DNA of 64,000 nucleotides from Selaginella moellendorffii (Eukaryota; Plantae; Lycopodiophyta): NCBI RefSeq assembly GCF_000143415.4, contig NW_003314392.1, positions 341,334 to 405,333 of the forward strand, read 5' to 3'. Shown piece by piece: positions 60,890 to 64,000 of this stretch (position 1 is its first letter; each line of letters starts with the position of its first letter). The notes under the pieces were generated by a model. It saw only the letters and a program-made list of their open reading frames with translations, ran no database searches and was not told where the DNA came from. The position numbers and the translations under genes were made by a program.

Positions 60890-63300
60890 GAGGTATGAAA
60901 TGTTGATTTAGTTCATATTGTCATCTAGGGACAATCTTTTGTAAAAGCACTCAGTAGTGCTATTTAGTTTTTATTTGTGGATGATTACAGTGGAAATCAA
61001 ATTCTCAAGCACCTACCATTGTCCACAATTGAATATGTATGCATGGTCGAAGTCTACACACTCTACAAGCTGATGGTGGTCGTGAGCTCCTCTTTGAGTT
61101 TTGCACCATTCTGGCCTCGTGAAGCATCTCTTTATAGATCTTAGCTCCATATGAACATAGACAAAACAACATCATTCAACACAAGAAACTCATGGTTGTT
61201 GAGACAGCTTATGCAATGCTTGAATGCATGAATCTTCGCACATTCTTTTGGGCAGAGGCAATGAACACAGCTATGTACACTCAAAATCATCTTCCATCAA
61301 AAGCTCTTGTTGATAAAACACCAATCAAACTTTGGACAGGTAAGGATTGTGTAGAGTTTTCCGACATTTCCATTAAGGAATGTTGTATTTTTCAGAAGAA
61401 TATGTTAATACTAATGAAGAACCAACATACCATTGATCATGTTGTGAGGACTTAGAACTTAAAGAGTAGGCTGGCACCATCTTATTAAAAAATACTATTT
61501 GTCGAATGAGTACCTTCTTTTGAGAGAATACCCAGACTTGATATATTCCTTTTGAATGAGAAATTTTCCAGATAGCATGACGCTATTGCCACAGCAGTCG
61601 TGTAGAAGCACTTGTTCCTAGAAACTTACACTAGTGATTTTGCAATACCATACTACTATTGCTCAATGTATTCAGGAACTAATGAGTCTTTATGAGACTC
61701 TCTCTAGAAACGTCAATAGTTTCACTGGCTTTTTGCCATGAAGCAAGAATATGTTACACAACTTAAGAGCAACTCTTAAACACTTATATATCCTGATAAA
61801 GTTCTTGAGGGTATATTAATTGTCAAGTGTAAGTGGTAAATAAGCTAAAATATCTTTAGTCTAGTGAAATTGAACAGTTTAGGTTAGTTGTGAAATATTT
61901 CACTCAACGTGCAGGTATTGACTACAACAAAATTTTCTTGCCGATTGTCAAAATGGTTTCAATTTTGATTATCCTTCTGATTGCTAATTTTTTAATGCTT
62001 GATGTAGAGCAAATGAATATGAAGAATGCCTTTTTGGACAACTTTGAACAACATATCTTCATGAGACAACCTCCTCACTTCAAAGTCACAGGAAAGGAGC
62101 AATATATCTGTAAGTTGAATCGTTCCATTTATGGTTTGAAATAATATCCTTATACCTAGTATAATACTTTAAATGCTTTTTTCTAGGCAAATTACTTTTG
62201 TAGCCAAGGCTCGTCAATAATCATTGTTTTTGTGTATGTTGATGATCTTATCATAGCAGGAAATTTCACTTGCATGGTTGAAGCAACAGTTATGAAACAT
62301 GGTAAGATTTCATTTTGTCTAGGATTACAAATCTTATATGATCGGGAAAGAAGGATTCTTCTTATTCATCAACTTAAGTAATTTTCAACACTTATTTTCA
62401 ATAATGTGATGCCCTTCTGCAATTCAAGCATATCACTTATCACAAGAACTAGCAAGAAGAAAAAGTGTGTGATGGCAAAGCTTCCATAGTTGACGTGACA
62501 TTGCTGCTGCTGTTTCCAAGATGTGTCAATACATGCAAAAGCCTAGTAAGAGACTGGTACACAATAGAAAAGATTTTCAATTCCCACTTTTTCTTTGGAG
62601 TTCAAAAGTATAAGTTCTTGCCTTGGAGAAGGCTCCCTCAAGCCATATGCCACTGATCTTGCAAAGTGACTTGAATAATCGCTCAATGACTGGGTGGATC
62701 TTTAATTTTTTGAACTCAACAATTTCTTGGTGCAGTCAGAAGCAGCGAATGGTTGCTCTTTCCACATGCAAAGCTGAGTACAATGCAGTTATTGAAGCCA
62801 TTCGAGAAGCTCTTTGGATGAGACGATTGTTTCCGGGACATTGGAGTAGTGAACATTTACAATGACAACATTGCTTGTCTAGTCCATCTCCAATCCTGTG
62901 CATCATGCACACAACAAACACTTTGATATGTTCCATTACTTCATTCGGGAATGCATCAAATGAGAGGATATCAAGCTTCTACACATTTTCATAGTCAACA
63001 TGATAGCCGACATCCTCATAAAGACAGTGATTCCACTTCAACAATTCACTCGTCTCTGGTCCAACCTGGTCTTCTGTGTTGGACTGAGGGAGAGAAGATT
63101 TTCCCCACTGCCAGCATAGGGCCACTTGAGGTTTGAGCTGATGCCGCCAGATGCTGCCAACGTTGAGTGTTGAGGAGCTCACCTTCAGTTTTCTCTGTGA
63201 GGCTCAGCAGTCCAACATCAGCATCTTAGACTGAGATTGTACTGAGGGGGAATGTTGGAGCCTACCTAGATCAGCCCCGTGATCCACAGTGATCACCATA
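60890..63300 (+). mobile_element. Decayed Ty1/copia pol (integrase-RT-RNase H) with PPT and 3' LTR start at 63253
   Basis: FVDDYS, FWAEAMNTAMY.QN.LP, GIDYNKIF.PIVK, MRQPP.F, CKLNRSIYGLK, YVDDLII and WCSQKQ..VALST.KAEY, followed by ctgagggggaa|tgttgg. Confidence 0.88.
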
Positions 63301-64000
63301 TGGTTAGGGCATATGATTGTTGCCTTTGCTGCTTTCTTTGTTCATGCTGTTCAAAGATCATGACTCATTGAAGTAAAAGGACTGAGAAAGCTGCAACTCT
63401 GCCACTTTCATGGAATCCTTTGACTTGTGGAAACTTTTACAAGTTGAAAAAGACTTGGATTTGCTAAAGGGGTTCATATGCATGGACAAATTGAATAATT
63501 TGGTATGTTTTATATTCGTTCATACAACTGTAAGAGAGAATGAAAAAACCTTGACGTCCCACCAGGACGGACTGCGAGAGTGGAATTAGACACTGTAGTG
63601 GGATACACACTTTATCTATCATAGAGAAGCGCGGGCCAGGAACCGTTTTAAAGCAACGCGATTGTGAATTTGGCAGCGTGGTCGACGAGGTGGGAAGTTG
63701 TTTCTTAGTTGGCAAGGATTGGGTGTGTTTCTATGGCCAACATCTTCCGTCCGGAACCCTGTGTAGGCAGGGCAAGCCTTGAGTGCATGGGTTGTTGTTT
63801 TTATTTCTCCTGTGCAATCGAACTGGCACAAGAGAATCCTTTCTGAGAGGCCAGCTGAACTTTTGGCAAATCTGCGAAACGCGAGCCTGTTTCGATGTGA
63901 TGCGACCAATGTGCAACGCACGCGTTACCGCCCCCCCGATCCCTCTGTATTGGTGCCCGGAATTCGGCCCCTTTACCCATTCCCCTATGGACTGCAATGC

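Noticed and set aside
63460-64000. Short ORFs at the window end
   Set aside because: No recognisable motif; context truncated.

Overview
Eukaryotic land-plant genomic DNA with very short introns (~45-110 bp), tiny intergenic spacers, telo-boxes and PPR debris. The style fits the lycophyte Selaginella, which is an inference. There are three zones. (1) 1-8 kb is gene-dense: an unknown membrane-anchored ORF, a PEVPK-repeat pseudogene, a DUF538 gene, a degenerate SEN1/UPF1-like helicase and tRNA-Gln. (2) 8-39 kb is an accessory block: nested LTR retroelements, Harbinger/hAT/copia remnants, a complete TRIM, shuffled gene fragments, a split mpaB-like pseudogene, and one apparently intact Crinkler/RHS-type P-loop NTPase + PD-(D/E)XK nuclease gene. 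This block is bracketed by an intact tRNA-Gln(CTG) and an inverted, truncated tRNA-Gln copy with a CTA anticodon. (3) 39.5-55 kb is a tightly packed gene cluster: TatD, class III peroxidase, nsLTP-like, RabF2, SPINDLY, PMT methyltransferase, tRNA-Asp, an intronless mpaB/rubber-oxygenase-like gene and TlyA. It is followed by Merlin-type, short-LTR and copia remnants. All calls come from motif recognition and by-eye alignment; no searches were run.
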